This document shows positions 39,272 to 52,399 of a DNA stretch of 64,000 nucleotides, piece after piece. The notes below the pieces were generated by a model, which saw only the letters and a program-made list of their open reading frames with translations, had not been told where the DNA came from and searched no databases. Where the stretch lies: contig OX597820.1 of NCBI GenBank assembly GCA_951406725.2, positions 60,450,001-60,514,000 of the forward strand, written 5' to 3'. The position numbers were made by a program, and so were the translations under genes. Source of the stretch: Octopus vulgaris. Taxonomy: Eukaryota. Each line of letters begins with the position of its first letter. Position 1 is the first letter of the stretch.

Positions 39272-39274
<3 letters not shown>
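37721..39274 (+). mobile_element. 5'-truncated CR1-group LINE: nearly intact reverse transcriptase plus 3' end with (TCAA)n tail, inserted in (TA)n
   Basis: ORF carries NYRPISLTS, QHGFR, YLDFAKAFDKV, GVPQGTVLGPLLF and YADDTK. A frameshift near 38935 continues into GPQLFNILP...FKMKLDLFLSGVPDEP. (TCAA)n at ~39251-39274; (TA)n on both sides. Confidence 0.93.
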
Positions 39275-39340
<66 letters not shown>

Positions 39341-39715
39341 CGAGGGGGTACCCAAAAGTAACTGGAAATGTTCTCTGTGGGACAAACCTATTGTAGTTCA
39401 GGTTTCCACCACTATAAATCACTTGATGCGATCCTCAGGCATCAGTCTGCCGACCGGCGTCTTCCGTTGAAGTCGTACTACCACGACATACGTCTTTGTT
39501 TTGCAATAATTCTCCTCTGTCCGTCGATTTTTACGATGGCTGAAACGATGGAACAGCATGCTTCCGTGAAATTCTGTTTTCTGCTGAGGAAAACGGCAGC
39601 CGAAACAGTTGTCATGCTTCAAACAGCCTACAAGGACGCTGCCATGAGCAAAACACAAGTTTACGAGTGGTTTCCACGCTTTAGGTGTGGTCACTTGTCG
39701 CTTGAAGTAAACCCT
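39341..39715 (+). mobile_element. 5' end of a mariner element (TIR plus N-terminal HTH)
   Basis: TA|CGAGGGGGTACCCAAAAGT start; MEQHASVKFCFLLRKTAAETVVMLQTAYKDAAMSKTQVYEWFPRF is a mariner HTH. Confidence 0.85.
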
Positions 39716-40893
39716 TGAAGGCATTGGCCCAGCAAGGTTGCAGTCCATTGACTCAAACAAGCAAAAGAAGTTATCAATATAGGTGTAAAAAAAGTATGCA
39801 CTCAGTTATTTTTATCATGAAGTCTTTCAGTTTTATGTAAATCTTAGAAAAATTCCTGTATTGACTACATGAAAGGAATGAAGTAATAAGGTGACACAGT
39901 TTGATTTCAATTTTATAAACACTTGATCCAAAAATCAGGACTATGTACCCAAGAGTGAAGTTCCTCCGTGAACAACCGATCTGCTTGTAACAGCAATAAA
40001 ATATTCCTCAGATCATGTCCAACCGCCTTATAAAAAGAGAAACAGCATATTGGATATTGTAGTCTTCGATATACTAGACGACAGAAAGGTCAAGGTATGG
40101 ACGTATAATTATGCTGGGTTAGGTCAAACGTGACACTGAACAACAACTGACTTTGTGAATAACTACCAACAGATGAAATTAAACCGAAGGTAAACAGAAT
40201 AATATTACCAAATCATTCGGGATCTCGGATTAAAAAAATTCATAAATAAACATTGAAGAAAGCTACTGAGTTGAATGAAACAGTGATAAAAATATTTTAA
40301 ACAGAGGTAAATGTATAAAAAAACATTTGATCGATACAAGCGTTTTTTTTCTGTTACCTAGTATAACAAGGCGACCACCAACAGAGCACCAGAAGAAATT
40401 AATACATCTAAAATTACGTCCCAACGATCTACAAATAACTTTGACTATGCTTGTGCCTATGTGTTGTAATACAGTGTATCGCAACTTATGAACAAATGAC
40501 CAGGTGCTGATATTAAAATGGGTGTCGAATTAGAAGCAGCACTCACGAGCAGTTGCAAGTCTATTCGTCTAGTTTCTCTTAATCCATTGTAGGCTGATTC
40601 GACGCTATGGTAAAAACTACCACTGCATGCGAAAATGCAGAACTGCAACTTCCGAAATTTGGTTAAAGAGTAACATTTCTGAATATATTTAGCAACAGGT
40701 CGATGTCGTGGTTTACTGCAGTTATGTGTATATATCTGTCTTAGCTACACAAAATCGTACAAGGATATCAACTTCCAGAGTTGTTTATTCTCAGAAAAAT
40801 AAGCTTCCATTGATCTTTAGAGCGGTAATTCAATTTACACTCTCAAGAAAGCGGTTAGCTCATAAATTAGGGTCTTACAACAATGTGCTACAT

Positions 40894-40975
40894 CAGTGGT
40901 TCCCAGCCTGTGCTCTACGGACCCTTGGTGGCCCGCAAAGGTAGTAATGGGAGTCCGTGAACTAAATACAAAATT
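40894..40975 (+). mobile_element. hAT (Charlie-like) terminal fragment
   Basis: Starts CAGTGGTTCCCAGCCTGTGCTCTACGGACCC, a typical hAT/Charlie terminus; the other end was not identified. Confidence 0.45.
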
Positions 40976-40989
40976 TCATTTATATATTC

Positions 40990-41140
40990 TTTTATTCTTT
41001 TACTTATTTCAGTTATTTGACTGCAGCCATGCTGGAGCACTGCCTTTAGTCGGACTAATCCACTCCAGAACTTATCCTTTGTGAGCCTAGTACTTATTCT
41101 ATCGGGCTCATTTTGCCAAACCGCTAAATTACGGGGACGT
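40990..41140 (-). mobile_element. SINE B 3' half
   Basis: Reverse complement of the family 3' end; abuts (ATGT)n and the Penelope-like fragment. Confidence 0.75.
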
Positions 41141-41182
41141 ATGTATGTATGTATGTATGTATGTATGTATGTATGTATGTAT

Positions 41183-42230
41183 GTTTACGATAGAGTACCC
41201 CTCTAAGCACCCCAGAAATAGATTACCTCTCCTGGATACTGAGCTGTCGATAGAAAATACTATGATTAACGGAACTGTTAAACCCTGTTTACTCCACTCA
41301 CACTATCGTAAAGCTATGGCTAATCCACTGGTAATCCGTTATGACTCAGCGATACCAAATACTACCAAAATCAACATCCTCGTGACAGACTTAGAGTAAT
41401 GAGGAACGTATCCTCACTATGCCAACCACAAGGACGACAACAACATATCCAGCACTACATATTCCGAATGCAACGTTCCGGATACATATAGTACGGTAGA
41501 ATCAGAGTATACAAAGGAGCGAAAACAAGATTCGAACGTATTCTAAGAGATGACGAAAAAGGCACATGCCCCCTATACCGCAACAAGTTCTGGAATAGGT
41601 TGGAGAGGGAGACCAACAAAAGAAATAAACATAATACTAGGTATGATAATAAGAAGTTTCACAGTGTAATGCTTGTTGACGCTACACCTAGGAACAAATT
41701 AAGTAGGGCATTTAAGAAAATCCTGCGCACAACTGGCCTTAAGATCAAAGTTGTAGAAAAGACAGGTAGGACTATCAAATCTGCGTTAAGTAAATCATAC
41801 CCATTTGATAGGATCACGTGTCAGATTAAATGTGCAGTATGTTCTACAAACCCACATATAAACTGCAAAAAGGAAAACACTGTATACCAGATTAAGTGCC
41901 AAGAAGGGACTTGCGCGATTATCCCAGAGTCATATATTGAAGAGACTTCTAGGAGCATCAATGATAGTTTCAAAGAACACCTGGTTAACTACATTGGAAA
42001 GAAAAACCAAACTCCATCTTTTATCAGCATGCTGTAGACTGTCACAATGGCTCTTTAGAGAGACTTAAGTTAGACATCTTATCTACACATCCCACTGATG
42101 CAACGCTGAGACAAGTCACTGAAACTGTCTGTATACAGGAATACAAATCCACGCTCAACCGTGAATCCGAATAGGGTAACACCCAAATTCTACTCGGGAG
42201 TACCAATCTATAATCACCCCTTTCTCTCAT
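41183..42230 (+). mobile_element. Penelope-like element fragment: RT C-terminus, Cys-rich linker and GIY-YIG endonuclease (Naiad-like)
   Basis: FTIEYPS..NRLPLLDTEL...HYRKAMAN...SAIP (RT thumb); KVVEKTG; C-x3-C-x2-C...C; VYQIKC...YIEETSRS...FKEH; LRQVTETVCI...LNRESE. Frameshifted; flanked by (ATGT)n and TG-rich repeats. Confidence 0.85.
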
Positions 42231-42468
42231 TTGCATGTAGAAATCCATACACACATGTTGAGATGCATGATACTGAAATACATATATGTAGTTATATACA
42301 ATCGCATGAATGTACCTAGATTAATACGTATGTACGTATTTGTAGATGTATGTGTATATAGCGTGCGTGTATATGTATGTACGAGTGTGTGTGTGTTGAG
42401 TGAGTATATGTGTGTGTATGAGTGTGTAAATGCATGCACGTATGAGTATATGTATGTGCATGTGTGTG

Positions 42469-42521
<53 letters not shown>

Positions 42522-42607
42522 ATGCACATATATAAATAAATAGTAAAAAATTTAAAACATAAAAAAAATTGAATTTTAACTGTTGTCTGCGAAAATAGTG
42601 ACATATA

Positions 42608-43835
42608 CAGAGGTTGGACAAAATAATGGAAACACCTTAAAATTTCAAACCAATTTATTTTAATATGGGGTAGGACTGCCTTTGGCAGTAATTATAGTTT
42701 GAATTCTATGAGGTATGGACTCGTACAAAGCTTGAATTGTTTCCAAAGGAATTTTTGTCCATTCTTCAGCTAAAACAGTCTCCAGTTCTTGTAGTGATGA
42801 TGGTGGAGGATATCGACTCCTTACTTGTTTTTCTAAAATGCACCATAAATGTTCAATAATATTGAGATCTGGGGACTGTGGTGGCTAGATAAGATGTTCA
42901 ACTTCACTAGAATGTTCCTCGTACCATTCAGTAACAAATTTATCTGCATGAATTGGTGCATTATCATCCTGAAAGATTGCGTTTTTCCCCGGAAACAGTT
43001 CCGCAACCACAGGATGAATTTGTTCAGATGATTAAATAGTCTTGGAAACCATTGGACTGGCGGATTTCCAAGATATAGCCCCCACCCAAATCACCACAGA
43101 TCCTCCTCCATGTTTAACAGTTGGAAAAACGCAGTCTGGGTTAAATGCTTCTTTTGGTTGTCTTCACACGTATACACGGCCGGTAGTCGGAAATAATGTA
43201 AAGGAGGACTGGTCCGAGAAAATAACATTCTTCCACTGCTCTAGGGACCAGTTCTGTAGGTTTTTACTCCACTCTAAACGCTTTGCAACATTTGCTTTTG
43301 AAAGTAGTGCTTTTCTGATTGCAGCCCTCCCATGAAATCCGGATTTGTGCAGCTCCCGGCCAATAGTTTTTGTGGAAACTGGGTTCTCGAGGTGGTTATT
43401 AAGCTCTGCAGTAATTTTGTGATCCTTTCTAACAAATCGCGTAAGAGTCCAACGGTCCCTATCTGAAAGTTTTGGTTTTCTTCCGAAGTTTTGTTTCGAC
43501 GAGGAGGTTTTTCCCTCTTTCTCAAAGGTTGTGATTACTTTCGAGACAGTCCTTCCTGAAACACCAAACATTTCGTCTATTTTCGTTATGCTATCGCCTG
43601 CCATACGAGCACCAACAATTTGACCTCTTTGAAAGTCTGATAGATCTGTCACTTTAATGAATTTTAATTACCTTTTTCTGATGATATATGAAAAGAAGCA
43701 ACAATTTTAGCAAACATATTAAGCAACACTAATAATGAATAAAAAAACAACATAAAAATATACAAGCTTTTGACGGTTTTATAGATATTTCAAAATTATG
43801 ATGGTAGGTGTTTCCATTGTTTAGTCCAACCCCTG
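42608..43835 (-). mobile_element. Near-full-length Tc1-family DNA transposon with a decayed transposase
   Basis: TIRs CAGAGGTTGGACAAAATAATGGAAACACCT and AGGTGTTTCCATTGTTTAGTCCAACCCCTG, TA on the left. Minus ORF has DLSDFQRGQIVGAR, GRKPKLS and WKNVIFSD; downstream frames give QDDNAPIH and SPDLNIIE. Confidence 0.93.
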
Positions 43836-43861
43836 CATATGTGTAGATGGATAAGCGTATA

Positions 43862-44040
43862 TATCCACCAGCAATGTTTACGTCGTATCCTAGGCCTGCA
43901 TTGGAAAATGCACGTGAGTAATGCTGAGATGCATGAAAGAGGTTCGTGTTGAACTATTGAGCCAATCATTTTGCAGCACCGACTCCGTTGGGTGGGCCGC
44001 TTAGTGAGACTGGAGGAATGCAGGACTCCGAAGCAACTCA
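43862..44040 (+). mobile_element. RTE/BovB-like LINE C-terminal fragment
   Basis: HQQCLRRILGLHWKMHVSNAEM...QHRLRWVGRLVRLEECRTPKQL. Confidence 0.7.
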
Positions 44041-44077
44041 ATGACTGAAACAAATAAAAGAGTAAAAGAATAAAAGA

Positions 44078-44243
44078 ATATATAATATAATATAATATAA
44101 TATAATATAATATAATATAATATAATATAATATAATATAATATAATATTATATTATATTATATTATATTATATTATATTATATTATATTATATTATATTA
44201 TATTATATTATATTATATTATATTATATTATATTATATTATAT

Positions 44244-44273
<30 letters not shown>
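44078..44273. repeat. (AATAT)n switching to its reverse complement (ATATT)n, then (TA)n
   Basis: Polarity switch at TAAT|ATTA, ~44146. Confidence 0.95.
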
Positions 44274-44274
<1 letters not shown>

Positions 44275-44276
44275 AT

Positions 44277-44432
44277 GAGTGGCTGTGTGGTAAGTAGGTT
44301 GCTTACCAACAACGTGGTTCCAGGTTCAGTTCCACTGCGTGTCACCTTGGGCAAGTGTCTTCTACTATAGTCTCGGGCCGACCAAAGCCTTGTGAGTGGA
44401 TTTGGCAGATGGAAATTGAAAGAAGCCCGTCG

Positions 44433-44463
<31 letters not shown>

Positions 44464-44675
44464 GGTGTATGCTTATGTGTCTATGTTTGTCCCCCAACCA
44501 TCGCTTAACAACTGATGCTGGTGTGTTTACGTCTTCGTAGCATAGCGGTTTGGCAAAAAAACAAAAAAACGATAAGATAAATACTAGGCTTACAAAGAAT
44601 AAGTCCTGTAGTCGATTTGTTCGACTACAGGCGGTGCTCCAGTATGGCCGCAGTCAAATGACTGAAACAAAAGAA
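44277..44675 (+). mobile_element. SINE B
   Basis: Near-full-length match. Confidence 0.85.
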
Positions 44676-44749
44676 AAATATATATATAATGCAAATAATA
44701 TATATATATATATATATGCTTTAATGTATATATAATATAATTTCTTTTT

Positions 44750-45147
44750 TTCATTTGTTTCCGTCATTTGACTGTGGCCATGCTGGAGCACTGCCTTTAG
44801 ACGGACAAATCGACCCCAGGACTTATTCTTTGTAAGCCCAGTACATATTCTATTGGTCATATTTGCCGAACCGCTAAGTTAGGATATGTAAATGCACCAA
44901 CATCGGTCATCAAGCATTGGTAGGGAATGAACACAGTCACACAAATACATACATACATACATACATACATACGTACGTACGTACGTACGTGTGTGTGTAC
45001 GACAGGCTTCTCTCAGTTAACGTCTACTAAATCCACTCACAAGGCATTAGTCGGCCCGAGGCTATAGCAGAAGACACTTGCCCAAGGTACTACGCAGTGG
45101 GAATGAACCCGGAACCATGTGGTTGGTAAGCAAGGTACCACACAACC
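44750..45147 (-). mobile_element. SINE B, tail-to-tail with the previous copy
   Basis: Reverse-complement match. Confidence 0.85.
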
Positions 45148-45164
45148 AATATAATATTTGACGC

Positions 45165-45850
45165 CGACATTAGTTTCACAATATGATAGCTGTCTATGTA
45201 TGGAGCAAAAGCATCCAGAGACATTCAGCCTAAAGGAAGCACCCAAAAACTCTCCAATCTGAACTTCCACAAATCAGACTGGAAATCGATCCAAAAAGAG
45301 ATCTTGAGACAAGACTGGCCGAAATGTCTCTCCACACCAGACATGGGCATGAAACTAGAATACTTCATGTCAGTTATGCAAACCATATGCCAGAGAAATG
45401 TCCCCAGAGCACAAGGCCAACACAAAGCGGAACAAGATTTCATGGGAGAGGAAGATTCTCATGCGATGACGGATAAGATTGCAAGTCGCTTCAACCAACA
45501 TTCGAAAAGTAGTGAAAGATCCCGCCTGAAAACAACATTGATAGAAATTGAAAAAAGGCTGCAGCAATCCTATGTGAGGGAGAGAGCTGACAAAGAAGCC
45601 TGGGTTATAAAAAAAACATTAAGTCAAACCCAAAGGCCTTCTTTCATATTGCGAAAGAAACAGCCTCAGTACGCTGCAAAATAGGACCCCTCTTCGAAAA
45701 GGATTGCTCCCTCACAGTGAGGTATTGAATGACCAGTTCAAAAGTGTCTTTACCACCCCGTTGGAACACAGACAGGTGAGCTAACCAGTGGATTTCTTTG
45801 CCACCTCACCTATAACCAGCGAGGCAATTATGATGGAATACATCGACATA
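45165..45850 (+). mobile_element. Internal fragment of the same CR1-group LINE family, inverted relative to 25288-25985
   Basis: Encodes RDIQPKGSTQKLSNLNFHKSDWKSIQKEIL, nearly identical to the minus-strand peptide at 25699-25944; nucleotide similarity visible throughout. Confidence 0.88.
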
Positions 45851-46307
45851 CACATACACACACGCAAGCGCGCACGCGCTCTCTCATTTGTTTCACTAAG
45901 CTTGGAACATGAAACGAAGGATCTACTGTAACCAGTGACAAAATCCGTTTCGTCAACAGGAAATATTATTTTAGATCAAGTATGTGGACGACGTTGTTAT
46001 TTTAAGTCATTCCGGAAACACTACCAGCCGGCATATTTAAACAACTTCTGCTTTGTAAAATTAACCAGAACAGAGTGACAATTAAATAGACAGCTCGGTC
46101 CTACTTTCTATTTATGGTAATAGGCATTGAGATAATGCATGCAGGCATACATACTTTCCTACTGCTGTCTGTCTTTGGACTGAAGCTATGCAGGGTCACT
46201 GCTTGTCAACATCACTAGTCTGTCTGGTGCTTATTGTATCTGCCTCTATCAAAAAGTCCACATTGGTGCAAAGGGATGTAATTCAATAACTAAATACTGC
46301 AAAATAT

Positions 46308-46570
46308 ATTTCTCTACTGCCCACAAGGGGCTAAACACAGAGGGGACAAACAAGGACAGACAAACGGATTAAGTCGATTACATCGATCCCAGTGCGTAAC
46401 TGGTGCTTAATTTATCGATCCCGAAAGGATGAAAGGCAAAGTCGACCTCGGCAGAATTTGAACTCACAACGTAACGGCAGACGAAATACGGCTACGCATT
46501 TCGCCCGGCGTGCTAACGGTTCTGCCAGCTCGCCGCTTTGCCAGCTCGCCGCCTTGCCAGCTCGCCGCCT
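46308..46570 (-). mobile_element. SINE A with a triplicated head motif
   Basis: Consensus match; TGCCAGCTCGCCGC three times at ~46522-46568. Confidence 0.87.
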
Positions 46571-47056
46571 GCATTATAATTTTGTTTGACGCACCAATCA
46601 ATACAGCAGCAGACTTTCGGAATAAGTTATAATGGACACAGGTTCGTGTGTCATATAGCTAGCTAGAGGCGATGGCCTCTTGGAGCTAATCAACGGCAGC
46701 TTTCGTCCTGTATTTATGGACTTCTATATTAGCACGGCGATAACTATTAATATCCAGTACCGCTGACCGTAGTCTCCTTTGGAGAGACTTAGAAACAATA
46801 ATATTTCTATGTTCCACACAAGTTAGAATTTCCCCGCTTTTGTCGAGATTTTTCGAAATTTCTTATTGCATCTTTCATTTCAGAACGTGGTTTGGGTGGG
46901 AACTATTTATTTTATTAAAACAATTTTTATCCGTGTCTTTTAAACATTGACCGTCCCCATTCCCACTAAATCTCTTTTCTTTCGTTCGTTTTCGTCAAGT
47001 TACAATATTCCTCATTTTGAATCACATGCAATCCGCATTTCTAGAGACAAAATTTC

Positions 47057-47219
47057 GCGTAGGAGTGGCTGTGTGGTAAGTAGCTTGCTTACCAACCACA
47101 TGGCTCTGGGTTCAGTCCCACTATATGGCACCTTCTAGTATAGCCTCAGGCCGACCAAAGCCTTGTGAGTGGATTTGGTAGACGGAAACCGAAAGAAGCC
47201 TGCCGTATATATGTATGTA

Positions 47220-47288
<69 letters not shown>

Positions 47289-47525
47289 TGTGTGTGTGTG
47301 TGTGTGTATATGTTTGTGTGTCTGTGTTTGTCCCCCCAACATCGTTTGACAACCGATGCTGGTGTGTTTACGTCCCCGTAACTTAGCGGTTCGGCAAAAG
47401 AAATCGATAGAATAAGTACTAGGCTTACAAAGAATAAGTCATGGGGTCGATTTGCTCGACTAAAGGCGGTGCTCCAGCATGGCCGCAGTCAAATGACTGA
47501 AACAAGTAAAAGAGAGAAAGAGTAA
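47057..47525 (+). mobile_element. SINE B
   Basis: Full-length match with expanded internal (TA)n(TG)n. Confidence 0.88.
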
Positions 47526-48954
47526 ACCCACTTTCCTTTTCATTTTATTTTTCACAATTATAATGAGCAATTTGAGAAACTGTCATTTCTATTGACTCGT
47601 GTATCCTGAAACTGTCAGGTGAACTGTACCTATTAATCAAATGGTACGGCCTCGAGACACCCTGTGACACGCTGACCCTACCAGAGGATTATGCCAATTA
47701 TGCACGTGTCTGTGGATTACTAAACTCCCATCACGTTAATTCACGAGGCAGTAATTCAGTTGATCGAACAACTGTTTCTTTATCGCCGAACATTGCGATA
47801 TATATGTGTGTGTATGTGTGTGTATATGAAACTTGATATCAAATCTGCATCTGTCATCCAACCATGGAATTTTTCCTAGATGTAAAATATTTAAGCAATG
47901 TTTTATCCAAAGAACTAGGATGGGAGCAAGATTTGGAAAGGGCACCGCTTAGTTTGTTTACTGAGTTCCAATGGTCATGCTATCGAAACTCGTTGTTGTT
48001 TTAGCTAGAATTGGTAGAAGAAAATAAAAGGCAAACCTATAGAATTACACCTGCATAGTGTATACGAGTGAAAGAAGGAGAGAGATCCAAAAGACAAGAG
48101 AAATTTACCATAATAGCAGGAAACTTTAGGTAAAATAGTCGGAAATGATGTCCGGCGCTAGTGAATTCTTTGGATACGGTTCGTAATTAGATATCTTATA
48201 TCACCAAAGTTACCGACAGGCGAAAATGACATGGCTGACTAAACAGAATTAATATCAAACGCACATTTTAATTCCTCTTGGCTAGTTATCCTTCTTTCTT
48301 TATCTTCCTCGTTATGAATACTACATGTGTCACAATATCAGTTTATTTTCTTTAGCTGAGTAATAACTTATATAATAAGGTCAATGAGGTTGTTTTTTTA
48401 CTATTTCTTTCGTTATTCCATATGACTTTGTATGTTTGTTCACTACGGTTTTGATACGACACTGTATGTCGTCAAACCGCCTATGTAACTTCACAGCTGA
48501 TAAATAACACGTATGCTCTGCTTTATGTATTACTTTCTGATTCAGTCGTTTGCAAAACCAGAGACGCTTATATACATGCGAGTGCAATCGTTTTGTTATA
48601 CTGCTTTGTGTTGTTAAAATCTATTTTAGTAACGTTATATTTGAGCTTGAGTGGAAAATAAACAAAGCCTTATCATTATTTGTTAAATGTTATCCAAATA
48701 TTTAAAAAAAGTTACTGCTTCAATTGTGTTTTCATAATGGGGGGTAAATGATAAACGCACGCTATCTTATCTAATACATTTTATTTGTCATGCGATGACT
48801 GCGATTTCCGGGACGTTCAGTGCCCTCCTTTCAATTCCCTTCTTTATTATCTTCAGTTCTTTTCTAGTTTTGAAACATCTTCCTACTTATTGGTTGTTGA
48901 TTGAAGAAAGTAGGACAAATTGATTTTTTAGTCAGATTTATTCACTTACCAAGT

Positions 48955-49376
48955 TTACCTATTTCTTTATTACCCACAAGGGGCTAAACATAGAGGGGAC
49001 AAACAAGGACAGCCATAGGTATTAAGTCGATTACATCGACCCCAGTGCGTAACCGGTACTTAATTTATTGACCCCGAAAGGATGAAAGGCAAAGTCGACC
49101 TCGGCGGAATTTGAACTCACAACGTAACGGCAGCCGAAATACCTATTTCTTTATTACACACAAGGGGCTAAACACAGAGGGGACAAACAAGGACAAACAT
49201 AGGTATTAAGTCGATTACATCGACCCCAGTGCGTAACAGGTATTTAATTTATCGACCCCGAAAGGATGAAAGGCAAAGTCGACCTCGGCGGAATTTGAAC
49301 TCACAACGTAACGGCAGCCGAAATACCGCTAAGCATTTCGCCCGACGTGCTAACGTTTCTGCCAGCTCGCCGCCTT
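48955..49376 (-). mobile_element. SINE A, tandem dimer, ~140 bp upstream of the fifth TDO exon
   Basis: Two nearly identical ~183-bp units. Confidence 0.9.
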
Positions 49377-49518
49377 TACTTTGTCCCTCTTTGTTAGAAG
49401 GAAGTTAGTTCCTCTTATGTATGGGGACCGTCTGAATTAATCAGCTAAAATCATTCTATATTCATGTTACTAGTCAAAAGAAATTATTACTATAACTATG
49501 TTGTTTTCTCTCTTTCAG

Positions 49519-49580
49519 CTCCTTGTGGACCAGTTCACAATACTTGAAACCATGACTCCGCTAGATTTTATCGATTTTCG
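49519..49580 (+). CDS. TDO2: Tryptophan 2,3-dioxygenase exon (LLVDQFTILETMTPLDFIDF[R])
   Basis: Acceptor ttctctctttcAG, donor CG|GTAAGA; 62 nt, phase 0 to 2. LETMTPLDFxDFR is a conserved TDO motif with the substrate-binding Arg split by the intron. Later exons presumably lie beyond the window. Confidence 0.97.
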
Positions 49581-49849
49581 GTAAGAAACATTTTAAAATC
49601 TACTTACCTGTAGCCGATTACATATGTGGTTATATAGTCTCGAAGAAAAAAAAAAAAAAGAAACGAAAAGCGTTTACTCGTTTGTTAAAGTTATTGTTCT
49701 GTGAGGGTAAGGTTAATGTTTATATTCATGAGCCGCAGATCAAGTTTTTAAAGATATAGTCGATGATAACATTGTATTGCTTAATTTAATTTTCCTTCTG
49801 TAAAAAACAAACAAACAAAAAACCTACATCTGTGATCAATATACAAATA

Positions 49850-50366
49850 TATCGTAGTATATAGTCCGCCCTTGAGTATAATACGCAGGGGATTTTTAGG
49901 GGGCTGTACCTCTGAAAAACCTAAACCTTGTGTATAATACGCACCCCTTCTCTAACTTGAGTCGCGCGTAATTAAGCCAGTAGAACCTAGTCGAACAAAT
50001 ACTTCCGCGCATGCGTAATACAATAATGGTGATGTTCTTAACTGTTATATGGGAATGTAAATATGTTTGCAAATTGTTTTTGTTACATGTTATTCTGTGT
50101 TCTGAATACTTTTCTATTAATAAATGTTGCTTACTGCAAGTTATGGATGATTCTTTTATAACTTCATTGCTTTCAGGCTTAGCTTAAGGTATTTTCGCGC
50201 CCGACATCACAAAATGCGTCTGAATAAACATTGCCAGACACCAAATAGAGACTCGGACATTGCTTAGAAAATATTTTTCATTTTTAACCTCGTATATAGT
50301 ACGCACTAAGGATTTTGACCTTTAAATTTTGGGGAAAAAAGGGATTATACTCGAGGATTTACGGTA
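49850..50366. mobile_element. Tc1/pogo-type MITE
   Basis: Right terminus ...ttatactcgaggatttacggTA; repeated subterminal GTATAATACGCA motifs; left end degenerate. Confidence 0.6.
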
Positions 50367-51589
50367 TACAAAAAGTATCACACATAATTTAGACCCAGAA
50401 ATCTCACTTTAGGTCTAACACACTTAAGTTCATGTAAGTCTGTTTTCTAAATATTAAATCGGGGCACGCTAAAGAAGGTTTGTTTGAAGAGCTCGTAAAT
50501 GCTAAGATCAGTCCTCAAGTTCAATATGAAACGAATTTGTTAGTGTTTATTTGGCATAATATCATCGAAACTGGAAAATAAACTTTGTGGCTATCATCCA
50601 AATGTAAACAGAATATTTTAGGTTTGTAGGGATACATTGGTATCTATGTAAAGTTTTTGAGGCAGCTGTCTTTGTTTTAGTTTCCATGTACAAGATAACC
50701 TTGCTTCTTCTTTCCAGTGATTTCTATTTATCGATGCCGTAAAATATTTAATATTCTGAGAGAACATGAAATAATTCTCTCTTGGAATGATGGATCTCGA
50801 AGCAAATAAAGCTATAAATAACAGTGTGTTAATTTTGGGCCAAAAACCTCTCCAAAGGCTTTCTTAATCCAATATTTATACGCTGTTATTTATAACTTCA
50901 TTTGCTTTGAGATCCACTATTCCAAAAGAGAATGGTTTCATCTGCTGTTTAATTGTCTTAATGAATTGCTACTTGTTTACCACTTTGTCTAAATACACGA
51001 TTTATTAAGGATGTCTCTTGCTATCCTTAACAAATTCTGTAGTTAGAGCGCAGATAGTACTTCAGTCAAACTAAGTGGACTGATTTTGATAGTCATTTTG
51101 AACCACTTGCCATTTTTAATTCGGTTTCTGACCTCACATAATCATACTTAAGATTAATCTTTCATATCCTTGGTTCTTTCCTCGCCACTATTATCTTTCC
51201 CGACATTTTTCCAACCTAACTTTTCTTTCCTATAAAAAATTTTTAATTTCCTACGCTACGTAAAATTATGGTTGAAGAAAGATTTGTAATTATTGTTGTT
51301 TTGCCTACTTCAGTCCTGATTGAGCAAATTTATACTCAAAACCATTTCAACCGTGACCATCTTGTCTTTGTGTTGTATTTCAGCGACTATATTGTCCAAT
51401 GTATCCGTCATTAGATAAGATAGTTGGATCTGATTTAGGTATATTTGGCTGGTATTCCAAGCCTGTCGAGTGACCACTTAGAAGCCCCCATGTTATTTTG
51501 AAGGTACATTATTGTTGTTTGACTCCAGATCAACACTGTTGAAGCAAGCCTATAATCAAAAGCATTCTAACCATAACCATCGCATTTAT

Positions 51590-52140
51590 TTTTGTCTATC
51601 TAGAACAGTTGGGCAATGTTTCCTGCCTTTTTACACATGACTACCGAAACCTATCAAAACATTACTTAATGTTTTGATTACCATCGTACATTTATTCTGA
51701 TCGTGTTGCATTTTTCATTTCAATGGATTTACAACACTTCTTGCACCAGCAAGGTCATAGCTACCAGGAGAACTACTTACAATCTATCAGGGAATGGACA
51801 ATCAAAACGATATAAAGGAATGTTTTGGGGACAACATCTCTGGCTCTAAAATCGTGACAATTGAAACCTTCAGAATAGGAACTAGTTCTTCCTGATGTCC
51901 TTCATTAGATCCGTTCTCTACTCTCGACTTCAACAAATTGCACTCCACATCAACGTCTTTTTAACTATCAGCGTGACTCTTGAAGTGTGTGGTCCGTCAC
52001 TTCGTGGCTCTTTTCTCTGTATAACAAACTGTTTCTGAAGTGTCGCACCCACTAGAGTAAAAACGATCATTTATCAGAAGTGGAACCCTTGAGTGTGAAT
52101 TAGCACTTTGTCGATGACAGGTTCTTCCATGGTTGGAAGT
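51590..52140 (+). mobile_element. Decayed Gypsy-type LTR retrotransposon integrase fragment
   Basis: Broken frames read IYSDR..F.S.DLQHFLHQQG, GNGQSKRY, VLPDVLH*IRSLLSTSTNCTPHQRLFNY. Confidence 0.7.
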
Positions 52141-52399
52141 CTACTAATTAAACTCCCAGGTCAACTTCCTTAACCTTCGATCCATGTGAAGTTTAAAGAC
52201 CACTCATCAAGCAGGTCTCCTTTTTATAGAAAGTCGAAATCACCCAACAAGCCTAGTTTCATTAAAACAGTATCGAGACATTAAGTATCGCACGCAAAGA
52301 CACTATACTAAGTAGCTTATTACACAGATGCTCTGATTCACCATATTTGCAGAACTTCCGTGGATATCTATAAACAGCTTTTCGAATCTAAAACTTAAT

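Noticed and set aside
48955-49376. Regularly repeated units resembling a CRISPR or other repeat-spacer array
   Set aside because: Tandem SINE A dimer without unique spacers, in a eukaryotic context with no cas genes.
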